Notes: generated by a model not told the origin, from the letters alone. Shown: positions 46,928 through 61,756, counted from the stretch's first letter. The stretch is 64,000 nt of DNA from Eledone cirrhosa (GCA_964016885.1 OZ024751.1:46934001-46998000), one strand, 5' to 3'. Numbers and translations are program-made.

Positions 46928-47380
46928 CAACCAACCAATCAGTTAGCTAACCAGCCAACCAGCCAACCAACCTAACAAAAAACCAGCCAGGCAGCCAATC
47001 AACCAGCGAATCAGCCAACCAACCAGCCAACCAACCAGCGAATCAGCCAACCAACCAGCCAACCAACCAGTGAACCAGCGAACCAGCGAACCAGCCAAGC
47101 AACAAGCCAACCAGCCAACCAACCAGCCAACCAGCCAACAAGCCAGCCAACCAACCGACCAACCAACCAACAAGCCAACCAACCAACCAACCAGCCAACC
47201 AACCAGCCAATCAACCAACGAACCAGCCAACCAACCAACCAACGAACCAGCCAACCAGCCAACCAACGAACCAGCCAACCAACCAACCAACCAGCCAACC
47301 AACCAACCAGCCAACCAACCAACCAGCCAACCAACCAACCAACCAGTCAACCAACCAACCAACCAGCCGGCCAGCCAGTC
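46927..47380. repeat. (CCAA/CCAG)n tetranucleotide repeat
   Basis: Direct reading. Confidence 0.9.
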
Positions 47381-47719
47381 AGTTTCCTACCCAAGCCATT
47401 CTAATCCTACCCAATTTCCCATTCTCAAAAAGAAGATAAAAGAAAAAAGTTTACTGACCACCCGATACCCGACCACCATTACACCACCACCACCACCAAA
47501 ACCACCACCATTACCACCACCACCATTACACCACCACCACCACTTTAAACCACCAGTCATCACACATTGTTTGATATTGACTGACATTTAATTCTGTGAA
47601 ACCCGGGTTCATTTATTACGGGATCAGGGTGGAAAAGGGGTGGACTAGCATAAAACGAGGAGGAGAAAGAATGAGAAGGGTGGTGCATTAGATAAGTGGG
47701 GGGGGGGGGGGTTAAATGT

Positions 47720-47935
47720 AACAGCAAGATAATAATAAGAACAATAATAACAACAATAACAACAAAAGTAACAACAACAATAACAACAATAACAACAGCA
47801 ATAACAACAATAACAACAGCAATAACAACAATAACAACAGCAATAGCAGCAATAACTGCAATAACAGGAATAACAACAACAATAACGACAACAATAACAA
47901 CGACAATAACAACAATAACAACAACAATAATATTA
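47720..47935. repeat. (AAC/AAT)n trinucleotide repeat
   Basis: Direct reading. Confidence 0.9.
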
Positions 47936-48263
47936 AATGGTAATAAAAATAGAAACACATTTCTTAAAGAGAAGAAAGAAATATTTTTTAATATAAATTA
48001 TAAAAAGAAATTTATTTTATATTCTTTTTACAAAAGGTTTAAAATTCGAAACAGATAAGGGTGTTAGGATGAAGGGATTTGGCAGAACTGGGTTTTCATC
48101 AGGCCCCTGTCGACACCATGCAGGAACGAAGCGAGGAGATGGTCTTTTCCTCTCTAAACTATGGAAATTAAAAGACCATCGTAATCAGAAGTTAATCACA
48201 TATGACATGTAAAATAATTAAGTTTATAATTCACGTGGCATTATTAATAGTTTCAATTTAAGG

Positions 48264-48349
48264 GTAGACTGGTGGGGATGAAGAGCGAGAATCAATGGGG
48301 TGGGGAGTAGACTGGTGGGGATGAAGAGCGAGAATCAATGGGGTGGGGT
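48264..48349. repeat. 43-bp tandem duplication
   Basis: gtagactggtggggatgaagagcgagaatcaatggggtgggg occurs twice. Confidence 0.85.
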
Positions 48350-49087
48350 AAAAATGTGACGAAGGAAAGCAATAGCAGGGAATATTTAGTTATATTCCTT
48401 ACTTTAAATTCTGAGTTCAAATCACGGAGTTCAAGTTGTTGATTTCCTCGCGGTGGGCCTTGGAAACTGATCAGTAATCACTGATCTCCGATCTTGATCA
48501 GGTAAATAACAACTTGAAACAGCAATAGCCTCATACTGTTTAATCAATGTGATAGGTTACTGTAAATAATAGCTTAGAAAATTGGGTATAAAACACCTAT
48601 AGATGGAAAATATGGCCAGCGGCCTGTACAAAGAATCGAACTTCGTTTCTTTCAGATACCAGCTTAAGCTCGATTTTCTATGATTGTCGTCAGCAGCACA
48701 ATCTCTACAAAAACCCTCACCACCACCGCCATCACCAACATCAACATCACCACCAGCACCTCCACCACCAGCGCCACCACCATCACTACCACCAACACCA
48801 CTATCACCAACATCAACACCACCACCACCACCACTACCACAATCATCAAACACTGCACTACATCACTCTTTTCCAGCCCAGCTTTCTCTGTGCAATACCC
48901 GTATGTAGATAAGCCAAACACGTGATTCAACGCTACCCAATGGTAAACAACATGGAAGTTATCCCCCCTCTCTCCCGCTCTCTCTAACATACAACACCTG
49001 CATTTTATCGTAGTGAAGATTAAATAAAAATTAACAACCGCAGCAACAACAACAGCAACAGCGACAACGACAATACGAATATATATG

Positions 49088-49089
<2 letters not shown>

Positions 49090-49119
<30 letters not shown>

Positions 49120-49520
49120 CATACATACATACATACATGCATACACACATGTATACATACATACATATATGCATACATGTATACATGCATACATACATAC
49201 ATACATATTTACATGTATACATACATACATGCATACATACATGCATACATACTTACATGTATACATACATACAATGCATACATACATGTATACATATAAA
49301 CATACATGCATACATACTTACATGTATACATATATACATGCATACATACATACAAATACACACACACACACATACATATACCCATCTCTCTCTCTCTCTC
49401 TCTTTATATATATAAATAGAGAGAGGGGGGGATGGGTATAGATAGACAGACAGATAGACAGACAGACAGATAGCTAGATAGATAGATAAATAAATAGATA
49501 GATAGATAGATAGATAGATA
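49090..49520. repeat. (ACAT)n, (CT)n and (GATA)n microsatellites
   Basis: Direct reading. Confidence 0.9.
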
Positions 49521-50842
49521 TATTTCTTTATTAGCCACAGAGGCACAAAAGAAGGGGACAAATACAAAGGGGGAAGTTTACATACAATAAAAACGTGTAA
49601 AATGTTATCACAGATTAGATAGAAAATAGATAGATAAAAAGAAAATAATAAGCGAATTCGATCTAATAACCAGAACATTCAATTTGTTGAATTTAACAGC
49701 TAAGACATAGAGACACAAACTCGTGCTACGTCTATAGCAGCTAAATACGCATAAAATACAATCTAGATAAGCGATCATAAATATTAAAGTAAAGTACGGT
49801 AAATAGAAATTCAAGATTACTTGGTTTAATCCACCGTTTAGTTTTAATAATCGTACAGATATAACTAAATATTTCTTTCGTTACTAAGATGAATATCTTC
49901 CAGTAAAACATAGATGTTATGAGATTTTAAAGAAGAATGTTGAATTAGGCTTCATCTGCATACAAACTTTTGTTAGAAGATATAGCAAATATTAATATAA
50001 AAAATTAAGACGGCTATCTAAATTTAACATTTTCTATTTGTGCAATTGTTTCGACCTCACAAAGTGTCCTTTAAAACAATTTATGTCTATCAGAATCGTA
50101 AGTTTATTAAGCAAAAATATTTACAGTAAATAATTCAGTTTTAGGGATTATATCAAATTGACTGAAAACCTTTCAAGTTAAGATTTAACTGGCACTATTA
50201 TACTTTCAGATCTGTCTAAATCTATGTGGTTTATAAAAATTAATAATGATACTGTTTTTTATATTTAATAATCAATTGTACGATATTAGAATACACTAGA
50301 TCTTGTACCCAAGGTAGTAATAGTTGTTATGTTTGTACTTCCGAAAATGTGAAAACATTGATCTACTCTACAGGGATTTCGTCTTATGTTCTTCACAGCC
50401 AATATTTTTCGTCACCAAAATGATCGATTTTTGGAGAAGGCTGGTATGTTGACATATCTTCTAACTAATACATAGCTACATTACCATCTGCAAGTGCATG
50501 AGTGTACAAATATTTATATACCCATATAAGAAATAAAATGCATAGATAATTGCCTATTACAACATCAACATCCAACAAAATATAACAAGTATTTTAATTA
50601 GTTAGCTCACTTTAACTTCACAGTTAGATTCGCACCCACACTCCAACCCCGTTGCTTTCCCTGGATTTCATACGAAGTGTATAAATGTTAGATCTCACCC
50701 ACTTGAAATCATTTCACTATCTCTTCTAGTAACTTTTTTGCATTGAAAAACAATGGTCATAATTGCAAATGGCGTCAAGTCTAACGATCTAAGAAGTACA
50801 TCACTTGCTAAAGAATACTCTATATACCGTAGTGTAATAAAT

Positions 50843-50933
<91 letters not shown>

Positions 50934-50992
50934 TATATATTATATGTTACAAACACTTTCTTCACATTGTGTGCTCTGCTATCTGTATATTT

Positions 50993-51039
<47 letters not shown>

Positions 51040-51070
51040 TAAATATATATATATACATACACACACACAT

Positions 51071-51142
<72 letters not shown>

Positions 51143-51509
51143 TGTGTGCGTGTGTGAGTGAGAAAGAGGTAGTGAGAGATAGAGAGAGGAGGAGAGAGAG
51201 ATGAGAGAGAGAGAGAAATGAGGGGGCAGCGACGGTGAGGTAGAAGATGCGAGTAATGGTGATAGTGTGAGAGATGGTGTAGGGAAGAGGGAGAGATTAA
51301 CCAATAGGTCCCCTGCCAGGGGAAGCTGGGTGCCCTAAAGATGTGTTAACAATGGACTTTCCCGAACGGAAACATGGGGGCTACCAATCAGCAGCCACCC
51401 CTCTACACCTACAAACACACCCATACACCTACAACCACACCCACTTCCACCACTCTCTCTCTCTCTCCACACCCACTCCCACTTTTCCCCCTCCATTCCT
51501 TTACCGCAG

Positions 51510-51728
51510 TTACAACAACAACAACAGCAATAATAACAACAACAACAGCAACAACAACAGCAACAACAACAACAGCAAAAACAACAGCAAAAACAACAGC
51601 AATAACAACAACGACACAATAACAACAACCACAACTACAACAACAACAACAACAATATCAACAACAACAACAGCAACAGCAACAACAACAGCAACAGCAA
51701 CAACAATATCAGCAGCAGTAACATCACC

Positions 51729-51777
<49 letters not shown>

Positions 51778-51821
51778 GCAACAACAACAACAATAACAAC
51801 AACGACACAATAACAACAACC

Positions 51822-51853
<32 letters not shown>

Positions 51854-52060
51854 AACAACAACAACAACAACAGCAACAACAACAATATCAACAACAACAA
51901 CAACAGCAACAACAACAACAGCAACAACAACAATATCAACAACAACATTAGCAACAGTAACAACAACAACAACAACAACAACAACGGCAACAACAACAAC
52001 ATCAGCAGCAGTAACATCACCACCAACAGCAACAACATCTACAACAACAACAACAACCGC
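51510..52060. repeat. (AAC/AGC)n trinucleotide repeat
   Basis: Direct reading. Confidence 0.9.
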
Positions 52061-52084
52061 TGCAACCTAAATCAGAAAATCATT

Positions 52085-52303
52085 GACAGTGGGTTAGCAG
52101 TATCGGTAGAGGGTCGGACGCCATACTTTGACGCATAGAGTTACGGCCCTTGCCATTCTGAGTTCAAATCCTGCTGAGGTTAACTTTGCCTTTCATCCTT
52201 ACAGGGCCGATAAAATAAAGTACCAGTAACACACTGGGGCTGATTTAATCGAATTTCCCGTCACCCAAAATTGCTGGCCTTGTGCCTAACGTAAAAACAA
52301 CTA
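52085..52303 (+). mobile_element. SINE family A full-length copy
   Basis: A box, gagttcaaatcc B box, central gcctttcatccttac domain, 3' gctggccttgtgcc. Confidence 0.85.
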
Positions 52304-52391
52304 TTACCACTACACCTACTAGTGTTGCTACCATCTCCACCTCTACCACTACAACTACCACTACTGCTCTACTACTACTACCAAAACCACC

Positions 52392-52434
<43 letters not shown>

Positions 52435-52499
52435 TCACCACCACCATCATCACTACTACTACAACTACCGCTACTACTACTATCACCTCCACCAGCACC

Positions 52500-52546
<47 letters not shown>

Positions 52547-52603
52547 CATCACTACTATTACTATTACTACTACTACTAGTACCACCACCACAACGACCAC
52601 CAT

Positions 52604-52644
<41 letters not shown>

Positions 52645-52849
52645 TCACCACCACCACCACCGTCACTACTACTACAACTACTACTACTAGTATCACCACC
52701 ACCATCACTACTACTACTACTACTACTACTATAACCACCACCACCACCACTACTACTACAACTACTACTACTACTACTACTACCATCACCACCATCACTA
52801 CTATTACTATTACTACTACTACTAGTACCAACACCACAACGACCACCAT

Positions 52850-52881
<32 letters not shown>

Positions 52882-53195
52882 TCACCACCACCACCACCAC
52901 CATCACCACCACCACTACCACCACCACCACCACCACCACCATCACTACTACTACAACTATCGCCACCACCATCACCACCACCACCACCACCACTACTACT
53001 ACTACTACTACAACTACTACTACTACCACCACCACCACCACCATCACCACTACTACTACTACTACTATTACTACTACTATCACCACCACCACCACCACCA
53101 TCACTACTACTACAACTACTACTACTACTATCACCACCACCACCACCATCACTACTACTACAACTACTACTACTACTATCACCACCACCACCATC

Positions 53196-53227
<32 letters not shown>

Positions 53228-53290
53228 CACCACTACCACCACTACCACCACTACCACCACCACCACCACCACCACCACCACCACCACCAT

Positions 53291-53332
<42 letters not shown>

Positions 53333-53381
53333 CACCATCACTACTACTACCACCACCACCACCACAACCACCACCACCACC

Positions 53382-53428
<47 letters not shown>

Positions 53429-53560
53429 CACCATCACTACTACTACCACCACCACCACCATCACTACTACTACCACCACCACCACCACCACCACCACCAC
53501 CACCACCATCACCACCACCACCACCACCACCACCACTACTACTACTACTACCACCGCCAC
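52304..53560. repeat. (CTA/CCA)n trinucleotide field
   Basis: Direct reading. Confidence 0.9.
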
Positions 53561-54141
53561 CGGTACTTCAGTCAACCACCAGTCGATCATAGTTTCCGGT
53601 CGTAAGGGGGACACGCGACACGTCCACGCTTCAGTGACATCCAGCTAGTTGCACGCGCTATCACTGCTCCTTCCCCTCCCCTTCTTCCTCCTCCACCTCC
53701 TCCTCTTCCTTTCTTTCATACATACATACACATACATATCACATACATAAATACATACATAAATACATATATATATATATATATCACAACCATACATACA
53801 TACATACATATATATACATATCACATACATAAATACATATATATATATATCACAACCATACATACATACATATATATATATACATACATAAATACATATA
53901 TATATATATCATAATCATACATACATACATACATATATATCACATACATAAATACATATATATATATATATATATCACAACCATACATACATACATACAT
54001 AAATACATACATACATATGCACATACATACATGCATACATATATATCACATATATATATATATCACATACTACATACATACAGATATACATCACATACAT
54101 GCGTACATACATGTATACATATCACATACACACACACACAT

Positions 54142-54193
<52 letters not shown>

Positions 54194-54283
54194 TACATTT
54201 TCCTATTACCCACTCTACTACCCTAAGTATTGAGTACTCTGGTGCGTTATGGTCCATTTGGTTCCTTACCACAACTCCTTCGT

Positions 54284-54315
<32 letters not shown>

Positions 54316-54443
54316 TATACAGAGTAGGTAATCGAGACTGCGTCAGTGTATGTATAAATATGCACGTTTAATACGTAGACCTGTAAACATGCTAGAAACA
54401 ATACATACATACATACATAAATACATAAATACATACACACACA

Positions 54444-54527
<84 letters not shown>

Positions 54528-54922
54528 ATACATACATACATATCACACAGGTAAATATTCAGGTAAATAATTCAATGTACCTATAACGGTACAAAATCAA
54601 AGTAACTCAACACATAGTAAGTCTAATATTTCCATCACAGTCAAAGTGTTTAGAAATCAAACTTCAGCCTTCAACGTTCAAATTTCAAATAAATATATTT
54701 AACGCTCCATATGAAGGCAGTCGTTAGCAAATGTAAACAATTCTGACATTTTGTTTTAATAAGTTTCTACAAAAACAAACTGAATAATATAAAGAAAAAG
54801 AAAAATAGTGAAAGAAAATAAACCCTCTATGAAGATCAATTCTTTATATACAACATTGACTCAAGGAATTGTATATTAATTTAGTTCATTACTGTGTCAT
54901 CAGAGAATTTATAAAATATTTC

Positions 54923-55316
54923 AAGGAAGCAATAATTATTTCTACTTTTGGCATAAAGTTAGCAATTACCTAGTGCATTACTGGTACTTCATTTTATCGA
55001 CCCCGTAAAGATGAAAGGCAAAGTTAACTTCGGCGGGATTTGAACTCAGAATGCCAAGGGCCGTAACTCTATGCGTCAAAGTATGGCGTGCGACCCTCTA
55101 CTGATACTGCCAATCCACCGCCCTAAAGGAAGCAATAATTGTTTCTACTTTTAGCACGAGGCCAGCAATTATCCCAGTGCATTACTGGTACTTTATTTTA
55201 TCGACCCCGTAAGGATGAAAGGCAAAGTTAACCTCGACGGGATTTGAACTCAGACCGTAAAGGGACCTCAGTATGCTGCAAAGCATGGCGTCCGACCCTC
55301 TCCCGATACTGCCAAT
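54923..55316 (-). mobile_element. Two tandem SINE family A copies; left one flanked by a 15-bp TSD
   Basis: aaggaagcaataatt at 54923-54937 and 55126-55140. Confidence 0.85.
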
Positions 55317-55465
55317 TCTCAGTTTATAAGGCACTGATCTATCGTAACAATTGTATGATATATGGAAACTAACATACTTCTATTAATAATTAGAAAACAC
55401 AGGCTAAGTTTTAAATAAGGACTTCATTATATCTCCCTCGGTAATATATATATAAATATATAATT

Positions 55466-55496
<31 letters not shown>

Positions 55497-55699
55497 AATT
55501 ATTGTGTAAAGTGCTCAGGTGCACTACAACTCGTCAATATAGTACATAGAATAATACACAAATGTCAGGGAAGTACATGTGTGTATGTGTTAGCTGTAGT
55601 GTTGGCGGATCTCGGGGAGCATGGAGGCCTTAAAAGATGCAGTGTCTCGACACATCCATCCATCTATATAGTAAGTGGACGTTACAATCCCTATATATA

Positions 55700-55887
55700 T
55701 ATGTCACCACACAATATGAACCTGAAGATTGCGAAAGCATGAAAGTACTTGAATTAACAATTAACATTTAATATTCTACCATACTATTTCATTCTAATAC
55801 CACCATACTATTTCATTCTAATACCATTATAAATTTTAAAGGATTGTAAATAAAACAAGTAAATCAGACAAAGTTGGAATTCCTTTA

Positions 55888-55893
<6 letters not shown>
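55700..55893 (+). mobile_element. pLTR remnant with damaged hammerhead; copy of 57877-58050
   Basis: tgaacCTGAAGAttgcgaaagcatGAAAgtactt at 55717-55750; 3' strand of helix I altered. Confidence 0.65.
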
Positions 55894-55922
<29 letters not shown>

Positions 55923-56062
55923 TAAATCATGTCCTTAGAATTATTAGATTAAATATATACCATTTCCTCTCCCAATTAGCATAATTAACCATATATATAT
56001 ATTAGAATAACAGATTAAAGTTTAAGCAAAGAATCGCTGCTTTCACCCTTAACGGATCTTCT

Positions 56063-56096
<34 letters not shown>

Positions 56097-56179
56097 TATT
56101 ACTATATATATATATATATATACATACACACACACATATATATGTGTGTGTTTGTAAGTATATATATATATATATATAA

Positions 56180-56250
<71 letters not shown>

Positions 56251-56516
56251 CATGTATGTATATATTCAGCTAAATAGATAGAATAAGAGAGAGGTGGGAG
56301 GGACTCAGATGTATTATGATGTTTATTGATATAGAAAGATAAAAGTATTTACAGTAGAAATATCAGTTAGATTCACTAATAATTTATTGATATGTCACGG
56401 ATAAGACTTTTACTGATTAATATATAATTAACTAGCCGCGTGTGTGGGGGGGCCTCTATGTGTATTTGTGTGTGTGTGTGTTTATGTTATGTGTATGTTT
56501 ATACATTCATATATAC

Positions 56517-56565
<49 letters not shown>

Positions 56566-56578
56566 AACGGAATATATA

Positions 56579-56648
<70 letters not shown>

Positions 56649-56843
56649 TGTAGATAAATCTACCAAGAGTTTACGGTAGTGTCCAATCCGTATGAAGAAC
56701 TCAATGTATTCCGGATATCATGGAAAGAAGAAATGTAATGAAAAATCACTTTCGGTGAAAGATAAACGGTATACAGAGTCAAGATAAAATATTAAACAAA
56801 TAATGAATAAACAATTCCTTATATTAAACAAAAAAAGTTCATT

Positions 56844-56985
56844 ATTTAACGATCGTTTCTAGGATATATATGTGTTAGAGTTGGCATGCATATTCAACAG
56901 ATCTATGTACAAAATTATACAAAATTATACAAACTATCAAGATTAAATATACATACCAACACATATATACGCCGTCTTCAGAAAT
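56844..56985 (-). ncRNA. Type I hammerhead with very long helix II
   Basis: Reverse strand attt-CTGAAGA-cggcgtatatatgtgttgg...ctaacacatatatatccta-GAAAC-gatc-GTT-aaat. Confidence 0.55.
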
Positions 56986-57166
56986 TTTTTCATTTTTTCC
57001 GTTTATATATATATGTATATATATATAAACGGAAAAAATGAAACGAAATTTCATTTCCCACTCTTAGTACGGCTGTTACTTAAATATAAGTATGTACACG
57101 TATGTATATATACATATATAGATATATATATATGTATATATATATGTATATATATGTATATATATG

Positions 57167-57259
<93 letters not shown>

Positions 57260-57387
57260 CGTTTATTCCGGGTTGAATCGGAGGTAACCACAGTAAGTAA
57301 GGTACTCAATACATTGCAGAGTATAAAAGTTTTAATATAGATGAGATTCTACAGGACTAGAACTGTTTCATTCTTTAGAAATCATCA

Positions 57388-57440
57388 GAGATTCCTGATG
57401 ATTTCTAAAGAATGAAACAGTTCTAGTCCTGTAGAATCTC
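57388..57440 (+). ncRNA. Type I hammerhead within inverted repeat 57330-57453
   Basis: gagattc-CTGATGA-tttc(taaa)gaat-GAAACAG(ttctagtc)CTGTA-gaatctc; 7-bp helix I, GUA triplet. Confidence 0.75.
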
Positions 57441-57454
57441 ATCTATATTAAAAC

Positions 57455-57527
<73 letters not shown>

Positions 57528-57641
57528 GATAGAGTGGAGAAGCAGTGCCAATGAATTTTAAATACGATGTTAGCTCGATATATATATAATATATATATAT
57601 GTTTTAACGGCTTGTAACCCCTTCATTCGCTCATTCATTTG

Positions 57642-57689
<48 letters not shown>

Positions 57690-57690
57690 T

Positions 57691-57721
<31 letters not shown>

Positions 57722-57724
<3 letters not shown>

Positions 57725-58050
57725 TAATAAGAGGAACTCCAACTTTGTCTGATTTACTCGTTTTATTTACAATCCTTTAAAATATATATAATGGTATTAT
57801 AATGAAATAGTATGATAGAATATTAAATTCTAAGTGTTAATTGAACAACTGTCAGTTGAAAATTGCAAACTCGACTGTCACCACATATCATGAACCTGAA
57901 GATTGCGAAAGCATGAAAGTACTTGTTCAATTAACACTTAGAATTTAATATTCTACCATACTATTTCATTATAATACCATTATATATATTTTAAAGGATT
58001 GTAAATAAAACGAGTAAATCAGACAAAGTTGGAATTCCTCTTATTAATAT
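57722..58050. mobile_element. Inverted-repeat pLTR remnant
   Basis: ~57722-57848 is the reverse complement of ~57922-58050. Confidence 0.75.
57891..57929 (+). ncRNA. Minimal type I hammerhead
   Basis: tgaac-CTGAAGA-ttgc(gaaa)gcat-GAAAG-ta-CTT-gttca; palindromic AAGTACTT helix III. Confidence 0.7.
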
Positions 58051-58097
58051 AATCTTCTATACACAATCATACACACCCGTGTATATTTACCTATCTA

Positions 58098-58128
<31 letters not shown>

Positions 58129-58195
58129 GTATGTAAAAACATACACATAGATGTATAAACATAAATATACACAAACACACACATATATATATGAG

Positions 58196-58229
<34 letters not shown>

Positions 58230-58861
58230 AACAAAATTAGAAATAGGTTTCTCGCTCTAGCATTGTAGATTACATAAATGTAAGTCTGGGTTTATCGAAT
58301 AATATATATATATATGTGTGTGTGTGTTTGTGTGTATCTATCTCTCTATATATATATGAGTGTGTGTGTGGGTGTGTATGTTTGTAGTGTATGTATATAT
58401 ATATATGTGTGTGTGTGTGTATGTGCGTGCGTGTGTGTATGTGCGCGCGCGTGTGTGTGTGTGTATGTGTGTGCGTGCGCGCGCGTGTGTGTATGTGTGT
58501 GTGTGCGTGTGTGTGTGCGTGTGTGAGAGAGTGTGTGTGTGTGTGTGTGTATGTGTGTGTGTGAGTACTATCTGAATTTCTGAGATGATTGTAACTTTAT
58601 ACATACAGTACAGGATTTAGCAGAAAATACATAAATGTGTATATAAATATTCACAATAAATATATAGGCATGTAAACAAGTCAAAACCTACGTATTTCCC
58701 TATATATATATATATATATAATTCTGGTCAGAATTAGCCGTCGAAACGGCTTGAGCTCAGCCGTCGGGGTCTTACTTGTTCCTATTACCCACTCTACTAC
58801 CTTAAGTATTGAGTACTTTGGTGCGTTATGGTCCACCTGGTTCCTTACCACATTTCCTTCG

Positions 58862-58903
<42 letters not shown>

Positions 58904-58909
58904 TATTAT

Positions 58910-58956
<47 letters not shown>

Positions 58957-59136
58957 TATATACTTTATGTCATGTAATGTAGCGGTTAGTTACAAAAGAG
59001 ATCGATAAAATATGTACAGGTGTCTTATGAGTGAAACAAGTAAAAAAATATATACATCAGTATGCATGTATGAACATACATCCAAGTTGAGTGTATCTAT
59101 GTGTGTATGTGTGTGTATATATGTATGTATATGTGC

Positions 59137-59210
<74 letters not shown>

Positions 59211-59444
59211 ATATATATATATTTATATATATATATGTATATATATATAATATCTAGACTCTACTCTGATGAATATCGAGTGCTAATTTTGGCATACCGC
59301 CTACGGAAGCACCATAGCTACCACTATACACAAATATATATATATATATATTTATATGCAAAGTTTTATTTAAATTGTTGGGTTACAACGAGTAAATATT
59401 TATAACTGATATAAAAGCACTCAACAAGTATTTGGAGTATATTT

Positions 59445-59752
59445 ACGATATTAAATAAATGGAAACTATATTTATAAAACCATATTTATTTCATTATATA
59501 TATTTCAGGGATATCATATTAAAAATATGGTATGCCTTCATCAGACAAAATACAATATAAACAGTCTTATAAATCAACTTTTTAAATGGAAGTTGAAGTG
59601 TAAGGTATGTCAAATCTATCTATTTATAAGACTGTTTATATTGTATTTTGTCTGATGAAGGCATACCATATTTTTAATATGATATCCCTGAAATATATAT
59701 AATGAAATAAATATGGTTTTATAAATATAGTTTCCATTTATTTAATATCGTA
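59445..59752. mobile_element. Inverted-repeat pLTR remnant
   Basis: ~59445-59574 is the reverse complement of ~59622-59752. Confidence 0.75.
59644..59709 (+). ncRNA. Type I hammerhead
   Basis: tattttgt-CTGATGA-agg...cct-GAAATATATATA-atgaaata; inverted copy at ~59487-59552. Confidence 0.65.
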
Positions 59753-59760
59753 TATATATT

Positions 59761-59863
<103 letters not shown>

Positions 59864-59944
59864 TATATATGTATCTATGTATATATGTATATATATATGT
59901 ATATATATACATATATATATATATAAGTATATATATAAATATAC

Positions 59945-59989
<45 letters not shown>

Positions 59990-60121
59990 TGTGTATGTAT
60001 GTACATGTTTGTATGTACATGTTTGTATGTACATGTTTGTATGTACATGTTTGTATATGGATGGATGCCACAATATCATAAGCAATGGTGTAAAGAGTAA
60101 AGAAAAGTAAATTTCGAATCA

Positions 60122-60352
60122 TTCATCCTTTGAATGGCAAGAATATTTTAAAGAATTTCAAGGTTCCATATAATATTTGTCCATTATGTATCAAGGACCG
60201 GTGTCTCCAAGAATCCATGTCCAATCATAGTTTGGTCCAGACCGTCTGTGATATATCCTGTATCTCCAATAATGAAAGATATCAAACTGAACGTGTGTTT
60301 TGGTTAGAGGGAACTGCAGACTCCTCATTTATGATCTGTAGATGTCATTTTT
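60122..60352 (-). pseudogene. 3' fragment of an RLE-type (R2/R4-like) non-LTR element ORF
   Basis: Disrupted minus-strand translation NDIYRS*MRSLQF...TFSLISFIIGDTGYI...GF...GTLKFFKIFL resembles the restriction-like endonuclease tail. Confidence 0.45.
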
Positions 60353-60354
60353 CT

Positions 60355-60648
60355 GTTGTATGTGTGTATGTATGTATGTATGTATGTATGTGTGTATGTA
60401 TGTATGTATGTGTGTATGTATGTATGTATGTCTGCATGTACGTATGTATGTATATTCTTCTGGTTTTATAATTTCACAAAGTTTTATGTATGTATGTATG
60501 TATGTATGTATGTATGTATGTATGTATGTATGTATGTATGTATGTGTATGTATGTGTGTATGTATGTATGTATGTGTGTATGTATGTGTGTATGTATGTG
60601 TGTGTGTATGTATGTATGTATGTATGTGTGTGTGTATGTATGTGTGTG

Positions 60649-60679
<31 letters not shown>

Positions 60680-60762
60680 GTGTGTGTATGTATGTATGTG
60701 TGTATGTATGTGTGTATGTATGTATGTATGTGTTTGTGTATGTATGAATGTATGTATGTATG
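60355..60762. repeat. (TATG)n microsatellite
   Basis: Direct reading. Confidence 0.9.
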
Positions 60763-60763
60763 T

Positions 60764-61145
60764 GAGATGACCCCTTAGCCTTTGAAAACTCTGATATAAC
60801 ACCTGCAACCCTGATGGTATCCAAAGATGTTGACTTGTTCTTCTTTTTGGTAAATATCATCTTGGTTAAGAGAGTGGGACTGGCTTTGTGCAGTGCCTTT
60901 GCTCACTATAAAAGCTTCACAGCACAGGCATTGCTTTATATCTGGAGATCTCTCTGCACTTGTCGTCACATGGTACCATGGGCCCAGCACTATGTGTCAA
61001 TAATTGTCACAAGTGTAGTGTTTGTACCAGAGTTTTCAAGTAGTTGGCTGGACTAAAAAGTCACACTCGTTCAGCGCATCGGTGGGGGTTCTCCTACAGG
61101 GATATAAAGTAGTGGCCGTACACGAAAACGAGTTAGCAGCCACCA
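60764..61145 (+). mobile_element. Second copy of the RTE-derived element at 295-700
   Basis: Near identity, with a ~24-bp deletion near the start and a stop inside the zinc finger. Confidence 0.8.
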
Positions 61146-61489
61146 TGTGTTTGTGTATGTATTAATGTATGTTTGTATGAATGTATGTATGTGTGTACGT
61201 ATGTATGTATGTATGTATGTGTGTATGTATGCATGTTTGTATGCTTCTCTTTCTCTTAATGTCGAGTACATTTTTCACCGGACACCTTCCTGGTGGCAAG
61301 GTTGTAAAAGAAAAGAAATTGTCATCCCTCGAATCGCAAGAATGTTTTGAAAATTTTGAAGGTGTATGTATGTATATGTTTGTGAATGTGTATATGTGTG
61401 TATGTGTATATGATTTATGAATGGCTGGATGAATGTGTATATACGTGTATGTATTTATACATGCATATTTAGATGGGCATAAGAATGAA

Positions 61490-61566
<77 letters not shown>

Positions 61567-61756
61567 TATATATATATTTATATGTATATATATATATGAA
61601 GAGAGTGTTTTTATGTATGTATATATACACATATGTAATACACATACAAACATACATACATATATATATATGCGTGTGTGTATATATAAATATACATACA
61701 TGCAAACTCTCTTCCGTTTACCTCCCTCGTCATCTTTATCATTTACTCTAACTGAT

